DNA of 63,945 bases, filler included, from Kipferlia bialata (Eukaryota): assembly GCA_003568945.1 (NCBI GenBank). It is 5 parts of 5 records of this genome, joined end to end, with 100 filler letters (N's around TTAATTAATTAA, not from the genome) between each part and the next. Parts side by side here need not be neighbours in the genome. Positions count along the whole stretch, not along the records: positions 29,646 to 44,359 come from BDIP01000784.1; positions 44,460 to 59,159 come from BDIP01000786.1; 3 more parts are not named here. The stretch is one strand, 5' to 3'. Shown here piece by piece: positions 39,690 to 53,200 of this stretch (position 1 is the stretch's first letter; each line of letters begins with the position of its first letter). Both the position numbers and the translations under genes were made by a program. Under the pieces are notes generated by a model, which was not told where the DNA came from, searched no databases, and saw only the letters and a list, made by a program, of their open reading frames with translations.

Positions 39690-40593
39690 AGACTAGAAAT
39701 GATCATCATTTAATGATGCCAGAGGGACCAAGTCGGAAGGCCAGTCGGATATTTCTGGTCGTCTTCAACTCACTTGAAGTGTAATGCCAGAATGTGGTGG
39801 GATAGAGAGCGGAAGCAGGCCTATCTTTGGCTCAGTTGCTAGACACCACATAGAACAGACCAACTGATTATACTTCTGAGCATCAATATCAATCTACCCA
39901 ATACTCTATCAACTTACCGCCAGTAAGTAGCATAACTCTTAATACTTACTTAGTAACTGAGACCAGTGAGACTCTGACTGGCGCACAGTTGAAACTGCCC
40001 ACTGTTTCCATCACGATATTCACAGTACAAATATTGGTGACAAGACTTTCTAAATGCCTCAACAATACGGGTGTAGTCGGAATGAGTCATTCCCGAATAC
40101 AGAATCCCAACGACGTAACAAAACAGTCTATTATTAATATATTCGGCTACAATAAGAAAAGTACCATTATAGCAATGATTCAGGTTGTGGGCACTCACTG
40201 TGATATTCGTGTAACCACAGTCGTGTACATAGTCGTATACACACCAAGAGAATCAATTATGTACCCACCAAGCATGGGAAGGTATAGAAGTTGCTCCCCT
40301 TTTGGCGTAGTTGTTCGTAGGTGTTCGCCGGAAACATCTAGTGAAAATCCTATCCATCCTATCCATCCTGGTTACCCACTCCCATCTCGATTCCTTGTGT
40401 TCTTCCCTCAGATTCGGTGACACTTTGTAGGACTATCATATCGCCTATATTGAAATGACAAAACCAGAGATCCACGCATACTCTCGAGTACAGAAGATTT
40501 CACGTCATAATGACGAGACATCTCTGCATTCCGTACCACTCCTAGACTCTGCAAACGATGAAGAAGTGGTACAACTATATGCAACGTAGTCAT
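39690..40593 (-). pseudogene. Possible decayed Tc1/mariner-like transposase relic
   Basis: Compositionally distinct, microsatellite-free segment. Frameshifted fragments in order: AEMSRHYDVKSSVL (HTH-like), SPNLREEHKESRWEWV (P.L...HK..R..W), WWVH/IDS, GMTHSDYTRIVE...YRDGN, DWPSDLVPLASLND. Confidence 0.4.
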
Positions 40594-40623
40594 TCCATCG
40601 ACGGCATATATAAATCTATCAGT

Positions 40624-43600
40624 CTATTCCTGCCCATTCAGTGCCTCCAGCGACGCTGCCGACACCTCTTCCTCAGCCTGTGCCACCTTGACAGTTAATA
40701 GGGCCAGACCTGCCCTCCTTCCCTGGTCCTCACATGAAGCACCTACCTCCCTAGCCCTGTTAAGCAGCAGGGCCACGGCTGTGGATGCAGACGCGTGTAT
40801 GGCACAAACGCTTGGGGGGAGGATGGACTCTGGGAGAGCCCCTGCGGCTGCGTCCACCGCCTCACCCACCGCTGAGGGGGGCAGAGCAGTAGCCAATGTC
40901 TCCATGACTCTGTAGGGGTTATGGAGAGGGTCTGACTGGAGGACATAGGGGGGAGGCAGGGCCTTAGTTGCCAGACCAGACCCCCCTGTGTGTCCCTCCC
41001 TGCCTAGCACTGCCTGACCCAGAGAGTCCACGCCTGTGAGGCCTGCATAGGCTAGGAGACAGGCCTCGGGGTCCCTGCCTGTGCCTATGAACTCTGCCAC
41101 CCTATCCCACCCCATGCCCTGTCCCACCCCATCCACTAGGAGTAGGAGCTCGGCAGGGGTCCACTGGGGGGAACCATCAGAGGACGTCCCAAGAGATGTT
41201 GACCCTGTAGACGTTGATGCATCAAGGCACACAAAGTCACATGCCACACACTCAGGGGGCACTGCCTTGTTGGCAGGCACAGAGTCTGACAGAGACACAG
41301 GGATGTAGCGCTTGTAGCACGCTGTGCACAGGTCTAGTGGCACGGGCCCCACACTACCCTCCCTGTCCTTGTCTGCCTGCACCCTGCGCCTCACCAGGTG
41401 CCACCTCTCCGGACACACAGGGGAGGCAGCGGAGTGGGTGCCGTGCTCAGGGTCGGCACTGTGACCCAGGGGACATGCACATATTGTGCACCGCATCCCA
41501 GGCATAGGGTGCACTGGTGTAGAGACACCGCCAAGGGGTGGGTCGCCCTGGATACGCAGGACGTCAGAGATGGATCCAGCCCGGCACAACAGAGGGGACT
41601 TGGACATACAGGTACGTGTGCGAGGGGTCTCACCCCTAGCATCTGGCTTAGTGTCTATAGGGTTGGGGCCATGCGCTGTGTCTTTCGATGTCTCCCTAGG
41701 GCTAGGGGTGTAGTTGATGAGCCCCTCCCCCTCCAGATACCGATAGACGGTGAGCATGGCAGCACAGTCCCCGGATAGGACACCCCTGAACGGTCAGTCA
41801 CACAGATTATATATAGACAGAGAGACACAACGCACTAGTAGTGATATATAACATACATCGAGCCGATAACGCCACTTGTAACACGCCCCATACCTGACAG
41901 CAGTGAAGGATAGCCGATGGGTCGGATCACTCCTGTACGCTGAGGTGAGATGGTCAGGAAGATGTGCAGATAGACTTGACAACATGTCTCCCTCAATAAA
42001 TAAAATACATACAATGCATACACATATGGTTGAAACCTCGATAATACACTGACTGCAACAGACGCAAAAACCACATACACACCCACCTGCTATCATTGCG
42101 TCCCTCCAGAGCATGTACTGGGTCTCCCTGGCAGTGTCCCTGGACCCATGTGCCCACCCCAGGTGTGCACCCACTGTGCCATGCTCATGGGCAGACAGGA
42201 CACCGGGGCTGGGGGTAAGGGGGGGGAGAGAGAGAGAGAGAGAGATTGGAAGAGGCAGAATGTATACAATCATCGATCCCCACCTGTACCAGCGGCATGA
42301 CCCCGGGACCACCACTGTGACCCTGTCTCTGAGTCTGCCGCTCTCGCTGGATACGTCTGTACCCACCCCCTCTCCTCTGCTTTCAGCGGCCATGTCTCTA
42401 TAGCCCCACTTGCCACGGCCCTCGCCATTGCCTGTGGGACTAGGGGATGGACCCCTAGAGGCACTGGACAGGTAGTCCATCACACTACCTCCTGCACCGT
42501 GCTGCATACGGCTAGGGTAGCCGTCCCCTCCCAGCCCTGCTGCCGCCACCCCCGGTGCCCTGTGTCTCAACCCTAGGGCCAGGGCACGGCACACATGCGG
42601 CTGGGGTGAGAAGTGGAGGGGGGGGGGGGGATAAATGAAGGAATGGTGCATGAATTCAACATGTATATATGCACACTGTACTATGTCCGTACCGGTCTGC
42701 ACACTGTGACGGAGGGGTGGTCGGCTCTGTCATGCAGATCAACCTGGAGGTAGAGAGAGAGAGACAGGGAAGGAGAGATATAAAGAGTACAGTTAGTTGT
42801 GAGTTCAGTAAGAGCATCGTATACAATTACTCAGCAAAGTAGAATCCCGAACCTCTGCCCTGGCAGCCAGTCTGATGGGTGCATCGTTCTTGTCGCTGCT
42901 CCTCCTGGCGATCAGCCTCAGCAGGGCCAGCCTTGACACTGCTATGGGTATCTTGACAGACACGGCCTTGGACTGGGGGTCTGACGGGTCTGCCTCTATC
43001 TCCCTGCTCAGTGTCACTGTCACCTGCCCACTGGGGTCTGCCTGCAGGGCCCTCTGGGTGGCCAGGGTCCTGTCCTCCTCGGCCTCTCTCTCCCTGGCAG
43101 CTGCCTCCTCGGCCTCGGTCTCTCTCTCTCTCTCAGCCACCCTCTCCTGCTCTGTCTGGCCATACCCTGCCACCCCACCCATACCCATCTGGCCATAGGC
43201 ACCCGGCATGCCCCCATACCCCCCTGGCATGGCAGACAGAGAGGGCAGGGCCTGGCCCTTGGGGTCAGAGGAGAGAGTCCCAGACAGCTGCATGCGGGTG
43301 GCCCTCTCCCTGTCCTCCCTTGCGTACTTGGCCTCCCTCGCCCTCTGTCTGCCCAGTCTCTGTGCCTCTCTCTGCACCCCTCTATCGGCCTCGGCCTTGG
43401 CCCTGGCCCTAACAGCCCTCTCCTGCGCACTCTCCCCCCCCACCTCCTCCGGCAGAGGGGTGTAGTCTGCCTCTGGTACCCACTCATTGCACACCGCACT
43501 GTCCACCAGCCACCTGACAGGCACCTGGCACGGCACAGACACAGGCACCTGGGGGCTGTGTCTCAGGAAGTCGGCATCGGAGGCACCCGTCATGGTGGTG

Positions 43601-44262
43601 TGGGTGCGCCTCCACCTGACAACGTCTGAGGGTGCGAGGGTGACGTCGTAGGAGTGGGGCAGACAGCGGAGGTGGCACTCGACCAGGCCCATGTTGGCTG
43701 AGGGGTCGGAGTCCCTGACCCTCAGCCTCACCTCGGACATGGGCACATCAACCTGGAGGTGGGACAGCAGATGGGGGGGTATATCTGATACAGTATCCTA
43801 CATTCCCTCTATCTGATCATGCCCACCTGTCTGTACAGGGCCTGGGGGTCATCGTCAGGCAGCTCAGCATACACAGAGGGGGGGACGTCACCTGGCTCCG
43901 TCCTCTCTCTCCCCTCCCCTGCCTCCTCGCCTTGGGGTACATCCTGTGCCCCAATGGTAGAGGGGGCGGCACCTGTCCCCCCCCTCTGGGCCTCCCACCG
44001 GGTCCTCTGGGTGTCCAGTAAGGTGGCTGGGAGGCTAGGGATGGCGTGTGACCACCTTGTGACTATGTGGGAGGCCCCCTCTCTGGTGTCTGTGTGTCCA
44101 CACCTCATGTGCCGCATGGCGGTCTGGGCCTGGGCATCAGTGGCATCAGTATTAAAACAGGTATATATGAGTATTAGTAAGGGTACCAGCATCAGCCTCT
44201 ACCTGTGAATACTCCTCAGGGGACAGAGAGGCGGCATCCAGGAACACTGGGGTGAGAGACAT
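40624..44262 (-). CDS. SWI3: SWI3/SMARCC (BAF155/170)-like SWI/SNF core subunit: N-terminal chromo-like + SWIRM + ZZ + SANT
   Basis: LVECHLRCLPHSYD...VPVRWLVDSAVCNEWVPEADY; VVVPGSCRWY...YMLWRDAMIA|AYRSDPTHRLSFTAVR...VYRYLEGEGLINY (SWIRM); CTIC...DLCTACY (ZZ); WTPAELLLLVDGV...WDRVAEFIGTGRDPEACL (SANT). The start is uncertain. Confidence 0.88.
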
Positions 44263-44359
44263 GGAAGGAGACAGACCCGGTGTATTATGGACGGAGAATG
44301 AGGAGTGGGGTGGGGTGGGGGGGGGGGGGGGGCTCCCCCCTACGGGGGGGGCCCGGGGC

Positions 44360-44459
44360 NNNNNNNNNNNNNNNNNNNNNNNNNNNNNNNNNNNNNNNNN
44401 NNNTTAATTAATTAANNNNNNNNNNNNNNNNNNNNNNNNNNNNNNNNNNNNNNNNNNNN
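44360..44459. other. Artificial contig linker
   Basis: N44-TTAATTAATTAA-N44. Confidence 0.98.
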
Positions 44460-44647
44460 GATAATTCACATCAGGACCTTAACCTGACGCCTTAACCCCT
44501 CGGCCATCCGTACACATGCAAAATGGAAAATACGCATACACCAACCACCCTTCAATATACCATCCTCAATATATATAGCTCCACAAATACATTATCCTTT
44601 TAAAAATACTAATACAATAATCGTATATTATATAGCCAGGCAAATAC

Positions 44648-47600
44648 CTTGGCAGCACATACTGGGGCAGGGCGAGCAGGTTGATAATGAATGTGGTGTG
44701 GACAATGACCTATGGTCAGAGAGGCGCTCACACTATAATGATACAACTAATAGTAGTATGCATTTATAGCCTCTATCTAGCCTATTTCGTGACCATACCT
44801 GCAGCTTCAGGGACTTATCGCTGTTCTCTGTGATTGTCTTGAACAGCTCAAAGATCTCTGCCAGGTGGAGAACAACAGGGTCACGGGAAAGGTGGGACCT
44901 GGGAGTCAATCACTTAGTACAAAGTGTAGTATACACTTAGACACTATACCTGGGATGCACGTGGTGTCTTACTACCATGGTGATGCCTCTGCTGAGGGAC
45001 CCATAGAACTTGGAGGCATTCTTATCCTGAAATAAGGGTGCAGAGAGAGAGAATAAGGGTACAAAGGAGAGAGAGGGACCCATAGAACTTGGAGTCATAC
45101 CTATCCTGGAATAAGGGTGTAGAGAGAGAGATAGAGAGAATATGTAGATAGAAATAAAGAGAGAGGGGGGGCAGTGTTATTGAACACGGAATCCGTCAGT
45201 CCGTCTAGCTGCACATTCAGAGCACTGTTGACAAGAGATACATGGGTATCATATAGTACTGAACATCATATACATGATCGCTTCATATAATCTATGTGTA
45301 TATATATATATTTGCTTGTACCTTTAGTCCGTCCAGCAGCACATTCAGTGCACTGTTGACATAGTAGTCCACAGTGCCACTCTGAGGTGAATAAGGGTGT
45401 AGAGGGGGAGAGAGAGAGAGAGAGAAACCAGTGATATAGTAGTCCACAATGCCACTCTGAGGTGAATAATGGGGTAGAGAGAGAGAGAGAGAGATAAACC
45501 AGTGACATAATAATCCACAGTGCCACTCTGATGAATAAGGGTGTAGAGGAAGAGAGAGAGGAGGACACGCTGAACAAATAACACTAAGTGTTACATACCT
45601 CAATGTTGCTCTGGTCCTCTCTCTCTCTCTCCCTCTCTCTGTGTATCTCTGAGAGAGAGGAGGATGAGGACGAGGAGAGAGCGGCGATCCTTGCCTGAAA
45701 TGAGCAGATTAAAGGGAGAGTATGTGGGTTTATGGGTGAATGTCTAGAGAGAAAATTACGAAAGAGAGTGAGAGACAGAGAGAGAGAGAGAGAGACATAC
45801 CAGCTCGTGTGCGGATGCAGCTCTATCTGGAACGAGAGTCTCTCTCTCCCTCTCTCTCTTCTTCTCCCTGAGGTTTCTACGCTTGGCAGAGTAGCCATAC
45901 AGCCACATCCTGAAATAAGGGTCTAGGAGGAGAGAGAGAGAGATAGAAGAAGAAGAGACCAATACCTGGTGTCGACTGGCTCTACTGTCTTTGGCTCCTG
46001 AGAGGAGTCTCTCTCTCTCTCCCTCTCTGTCTGTCTGTCGCCCTTGTACCTCAGGGCCTCCCTGCGGATGAGAATGACACATATGCAATATATAGTACAC
46101 TGGGTACAATTACATTACCTATCCCTCTCTGTCTGTCTGTAGTGCATGGGGTCCAAGGGTCCATGAGTATATAGTACAGTAGACTAGTATATATATATAT
46201 ATATATATATTATTAGAGAGAGAGAGAGTACCTGTCTCTCTCTGTCTGTCTGTAGTGCATGGGGTCCAATGGACCAAGGATACCAAGGACACGGGTGGCC
46301 TAGAGAGTCAATTGGAGAATCACATTGATACTAATTATACACAGTGTATATACATACCTCCACTCTCAGTGCCTAGTCGCTGTACTATATCCCTACACCA
46401 ATAATGCATATGCATTCACATTCTAATATATATATTAATGAGTTCTTTACCTCCACTCTCAGTGCCTTATCGCTGGTGCCACTGCTCAGAATGCCTGGGG
46501 GTGAAGGGCAAAGAAAGAGAATATGCAAACATATAGGAAACTCCAAAAACAGACGGTCATATACTATATTCTGTAGAACAAACACATACATACACTGTTA
46601 CGAAAACCTAATAATGCCTTAGATAGCCCAGGTGCCTGTACAAATATATTTATATGATTAAATATACCTAACAAGGCCTTGCTTAGACCTGGTGCCTGTG
46701 TCTCCACTATGGCAGAGGTGACAACACATAAATACTCATATCAGATTACTATACTACTCCTCATATACGATTGCTATATAGTATAAGGTATATACTACTG
46801 TTATTCAGTACCTAGTAACGCCTTAGATAGCCCAGGTGCCTGTGTCTCTACTATGGCAGAGGTGACACCGGTGTTCTGAGACAACAGACCCAAGGAACGT
46901 ACAGCGGCCTGAGGTTAGGTGTGTACTCTCGAAAGGACACTGAACAGTTCGAAAAGTAACTTTTTCTCCCTCTTTGCGTCTGTGAAGTCCAGCAGGGCAG
47001 AGAATATGGAAATTTAACTACAAATACGTGTAATCACGAATATCGGGACATCGTTGCCATACCTTCTGCCTCTTTGCGTCTGTGGAGTCCAGCATAATAA
47101 TACTACTATATACACAATTATATATATATATATCGTATACTAGCATAGGGAAAGACCTTCTGCCTCTTTGCGTCTGTGGAGTCCAGCAGGGCAGACCTCA
47201 AGGAGCACAGAATGCTTCCTAGCATTAGAGAGAGAGAGAGAGAGACAGAGTATTTGAGGAAAGAGGTTGCTGGATGGCCACTGGTATACACTACTAGATT
47301 AGTTAGATAATATATACACATATATATATATATATATATATATAGTACCTAGCGATGGCAGGAAGTCCACACTCCTCAGTGCAGCCAGTTCGCCTGGGGG
47401 TTAAGCATCGCGTAAGTCACTGTCTGTAGAATATATACAATAGGGTCTTAGAGAGAAAGGGACCTATAACGGATAGAGAGAGAGAGGAGAGAGAAAGGAC
47501 TCACCCAGTGCAGCTATGAGGGGTGTTGTGATCTCGGTCTGACCCTCATTGTCACGAAGGACACGCAGCAGGACATCTAGTGTCAGTATACGCGAGATAG

Positions 47601-50223
47601 GCGTAAGAATAGTACGCGAAATAGAGGGAAGCACACGCAGCAGGACATCCATAATTATTACAGGCGAGAAAAGAAACTTCAATAATTCACAAATTATGTC
47701 CTGTATATGTAGTGCAACCATCATTGAGTATTGTAGAGAGCACACCTAGTATGGTTGAGACATATGCCTTCAGGGCACTCTTGGAACTCGATATCAGTCT
47801 GCTTAGGAGCCTAAGGGTTAGTGATACATCATTAAGAATATATATCTGACATGTGTACACTAATGGGTGTCTCAGAAATGTGATCTCACTATCTACTAAA
47901 TTCAACAAAGATACCTTGCTGCATATGCCCTCATCTCCACATTGGCCCTTCCTTCTCTCTCTTTGTGTGTTCCTCTCTACACCTGCCCATATATATACAC
48001 ATATATATATACTTACCTTGCTGCATATGCCCTCATCTCCACATTAGCACCGCCTTCTATCTGACTCAGCAGCTGCACTGGGGTGAGAGCTATTAATATT
48101 AATAGAGACCAAGAAATATGGCGACTTAAGAGACTCAGCAGCTGCACTGGGGAGAGAGAGATGATCAAGATATCATGTGTTCATACTACATGGGGCATTA
48201 CATTCATAAATGAATATACTATTGCATGTATACCTAGCATCTTTCTGATGAATGAGATGCACTGGGCAGTGGACACAGAGACAGACATGGTTCTATATTA
48301 TATATGTATATATGTATACTAATGTATGAATATAAATAGACTATCGTATATATACTAACCTAGTGTCTTTCTGATGAATGGGATGCACTGGGCAGTGGAC
48401 ACTGAGACAGACACAGAGCTCAGCCTGACAGTAAGGGGGCAGAGAGAGAGAGGGAGAGAAAGCACAATTATTAGGCAGGGAGGGCAAACGTCGACTGAAA
48501 AGAAACGAGGAACGAAGAATCCTAAATTACTTATGCAGTAAATTAACCTTCCAATAACAGTTAAGGCCGCCTCGCTGACTGCTATGCACCCATCGTTGAC
48601 AGCAAAGAAGAGACACACACATATAGTATAGAGAGAGAAGAAGACACGTGAATACTAACCTTCCAATGACAGTCAATGCCGCCTCGCTTACTGCTATGCA
48701 CCCATCGTTGACAGCAAAGAAGAGGCGCTGCAGATTGGTATCAGAGGCACAAAGGAGCCTGAAGATAAGGGTCTANNNNNNNNNNNNNNNNNNNNNNNNN
48801 NNNNNNNNNNNNNNNNNNNNNNNNNNNNNNNNNNNNNNNNNNNNNNNNNNNNNNNNNNNNNNNNNNNNNNNNNNNNNNNNNNNNNNNNNNNNNNNNNNNN
48901 NNNNNNNNNNNNNNNNNNNNNNNNNNNNNNNNNNNNNNAGAGAGAGAGAGAGAGAGGCGCTGCAGATTGGTATCAGAGGCACAAAGGAGCCTGGAATTAA
49001 GGGTCTAGAGAGAGAGTACTTGATTTGCCTTGAGATTGATACTGGTTTATTACAGTGCGGCATTATATGATTGGCCCGTGGAGGGAAATAACATATCAAC
49101 GTTACCTGTCTACACAGTGGGGCAGTGAGACCAGGACAGCATGGCGAACCTGGCATAAGGGTGTAGCTAGAGAGAGTAAGGGTGTAGAGAGAGAGAGATC
49201 AATATAGCAGTGACACCAGGACAGCAAGGTGGACCAGAAAGTAAATGTGTTGTGTGAGAGAACACAACTGACAGCCCACCAAAACAGTACAAGCTACTGT
49301 GTGTATAGTCAAAAACAATACAATGCATACAGTAGTAATTGTGTACCTGGTCTGACAGGTCTGTCCAGAATATAGATACAAATGCATGTAAATGTATACA
49401 AGAGAACATCTATATATATATGGATTGTGATAATACCTGGTCTGACAGGTCACTGACAGCCACCACCACCAGTCTGTCCAGAATGAGAGAGACATCACTC
49501 GTGAACTTGGGAGGAAGGATCCTAAAATAAGGGTGTAGAGAGAGAGAGAGAGAGAGACATCACTCGTGAACTTGTAGCACAGCCAAGTACTTGTAGGCAC
49601 GAATAGAATAACATATATCTTGTCATATCCTTTCTCTCAAGAAAATCATCATCATCATCTCACGTACTTGTTCTTCAGAAACGTACATTAACATAAATAT
49701 GTATGTATATTATACATTGTATTACATCTTCTGTCGTACTTGTTCTTGAGAAAGGGTGGACTGACAGTGTGGCAGAGGGACAGGGCAGCCAGGAGCCTGA
49801 AATAAGGGTCTAGAGGGAGAGAGACTGAGAGAGAGAGAGAGAATGATGCATAGGGACAGGGCAGCCAGGAGCCTGGAATAAGGGTCTAGAGGGAGAGAGA
49901 TTGATCAATTGACTGAAGTCCAAACTTGATCCATGAATAGTAGTACTTTCAGTGATATGAAAGATTCAATTGATATATACCTGATCTCCGTGTGTGCCAC
50001 ACCCAAGTATCTACTCAGCTATATACACAATGTGCAAATATGTATACATATTCACATATATATACATATATATAAATGTATATGTATCTATCTATCTATA
50101 TATATATATACACCTGATCTCCGTGTGTGCCACCCCCAAGTATCTGCTCAGCACAGCACTTCTCAGGAAGGAACAGAGGAGGACACCGGTGAAGTCAAAG
50201 GAGGAGAGAATCTAGAGTGAGAT

Positions 50224-50262
<39 letters not shown>

Positions 50263-53200
50263 GTGGAGGGAACATAGCAGGACACCAGTAAAGTCAAAGG
50301 AGGACAATATCTGGAGTCAAGGAGAGAGAGAGAGAGAGAGACAGGAAGTGGAAGGAACAGAGGAGGACACCAGTAAAGTCAAAAGAGGACAATATCTAGA
50401 GTAAGATAGGGAGAGAGGGGGGGGGGAGTAGAAGGAACGGAGGAGGACACCGGTGAAGTCGAAGCCGGAGAGGATCTGGAGTAAAGGAGTAAAGAGACAG
50501 AGGAGTAGAGCAGGGTTACCTTCAGAGCCTCTATGATGCCTGTGACTGTGGGCTGGGAGGCTTTGCTTAGAGGTCGGCCTGAGATTTAGGGTAACAGGAG
50601 TGAGACAGACACGCTGAGAGAGCACGAAAGAAGAGAATAATTACATTTAGTCAACATAATCACAACACTATACATATCATCTTACTGATCCCAAAGATAG
50701 TGGAGACAGAATAGAACAACATGTATACACATATTAGGGCCACTCTGAGGCATTCTTGTGCTGCGGCATAATGAAATGTTGCATATATACTCCTATTTAC
50801 CAAATGCACACATGCTTCTATATATATACTCCTATTTACCAAATAAGAACATCATCCCATACAATAGTATAATATATAATTAATATATAATATATAATAG
50901 TATAATAGTATAATAATACTGTTCACAGTAAGAAGGATGCCCACCTATCATAGTCACCCTGACACTCCTGTCCAGTCTGGTACCACTAAGCGTATATACA
51001 ATATTCATTTCAAGTATTAGAACATACTATATGTACTAGAGTGCTAAATATACCTATCATTGCCACCCTGACACTCCTGCCCAGTCTGGTGCTGCGTCGT
51101 CTGGGTGTCCTGCTGCTCCAGATCTAGGGTGAGACACATACTATCTTACACACATTGACTAAAGAATATATTGTAGTGATGAATGATCCCTCGGTGATGA
51201 GAGAAAGCAACAGAGTGTGTGTAATAGCGGGTGTGAGAGAGTCTGCGAAAGAAATAGAGAGAGAGAGAGAGTAGTACCTGTGACCGAGCTGGGGATGCGA
51301 CATCAGGCAGGGATGACAGACCATCTGAGAATTAGACGTTATCTAGTTTGAAGGGAATAAACCTGCTAATACAGTATCCAAGCTACACTATTAGAGAAAT
51401 GTATACTATGTCGCTACCTACAGACGTCCTGCTCCCCGTCTCCCCCTCGCTCTCCCTCGCCGTGTCAAGAGAGTTCTCTCCCCCTAGACCCCTATCTCTC
51501 CCTGAGAATGAGAAGGTTGAAAGACACTTGGTGCAAGACATAGATAGAGAAAAGATGACGAAAGACTATGCGATTCTGTGAGAGAGAGTGTGTGTGTACC
51601 TAGGGAAATTGACAGAGAAGAAGTTGTGTATGGTGTGTATACACATTTGTATATGCAAAGGGAAAGAGAGATGGATACCTAGGAACATTGGCAGAGACGA
51701 AGATATATTGACTCTAAATACACTATATATATACATAGAGAGAGAGAGAGTACCTAGTGACATTGGCAGAGAGGCACCGGACACACTGTACGTGGGAAGG
51801 ACACTGGACGAGGCAGTCTCCTGGTGTGAAAAGGGTGTAGGGGGAGAGAGAGAGAGACATGCCGTAACAACAAGGGGGTAACGGGAATCTAAAGAGTGTA
51901 TCCAAGGGATGGAGAGAGAGAGAGATTCCCTTTTCTACCTGATAGTGGTATGAAATGGCCCCGTCCTCCCACTCGTCTCTTTCTCTCTCTCTCTCCCTGT
52001 CGCCCTCATTTGCATAGGATTCTGGGAACGTACAATCCTGGATGTAAGGCTCATATTGCTCGTCACCAAAAGAATAGAATAACTAAGAGGAAAGAGGGAA
52101 ACCCCTCATGCTGAATCATTGACACGCAAAAACAACTAGCACAAACCCATATAGGAAAGGTGGTCACACAAGTCAACTTCAGAGTCACAATTGAATACAA
52201 TCTACTACATAAATGTCTTCTACCGAGCTATAATGACACAGAGAATAATACTAACCTCATACAAGTATATTGTGGCTGTCAGTTCTAATAAATATATATA
52301 CCAAACTATATACTGTATAATCATCTGCTACCGAGTCATAGAAAACACAGTAGCGGCATTACTAACCTCATATAGGTATGTTGTGGCTGCAAGTTCTCTG
52401 GCCAGGAGCTCAAGGACCCTGAGGGTGAGATGAACCGAATAGTAGAATAGTAGAATACAATAGTTGAACTAGGATTACTATCATATACAGGAGAATATAA
52501 CTTGCTAGCTCAAGGACCCTGGGATTGAGAAAGAGACATAAGTAGAACAACAATGCAAGAAGAAATTTCTATTATCGCTGAATAGATACGAGAACACATA
52601 ACTTGACTGAATGCTTGAGGGAGAGGAAGAAAATACCATTTCATTGCACTATACTAATATATACATCTCTAGTATGAAATATAGTCACACAAAATATACA
52701 TATATATATACTAGTTCTCTACACTGGTTCTGAATCCAATAGTACTATACTAATAGTATTAACAATATTCACCACATGTACAAATACGTATACACATACC
52801 TTGACTGGATGTCTGGCTGGAGGGATGGGCAGCACTTGGCAATGTCTGGAGGGGTCAGAGACACATATCAATCGAACAAACAAATGTACTAATAATAATA
52901 ATTCCTATACATTGCTGACTGTATGCATTAGCATTTGGCAATGTCTGGAGGGTCACAAAGCTAAAGGAAAAATACCAAGTATTGAACCACTAATCTGTGC
53001 CTGCCTCTCTGTATGTATATAGTACTATAAACAGCACAGGATAGTACACTATACCTGCCAGGAATGGTGCCACCTCGGGTGTCAGCTTCCAACAGCACGT
53101 CTCATCGACAGGGAAGGTGGCATTGAGAGCTAGGTATGAGAGGGAGAGAGACAGAGAGAGAGAGATAAGAAAGCTTGTCTCATCTACTGGGAGGGTGGAA

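Noticed and set aside
39541..40620. Terminal inverted repeats for the putative Tc1/mariner relic
   Set aside because: Only a 7-bp match (TAGATTT/AAATCTA), which is within chance.
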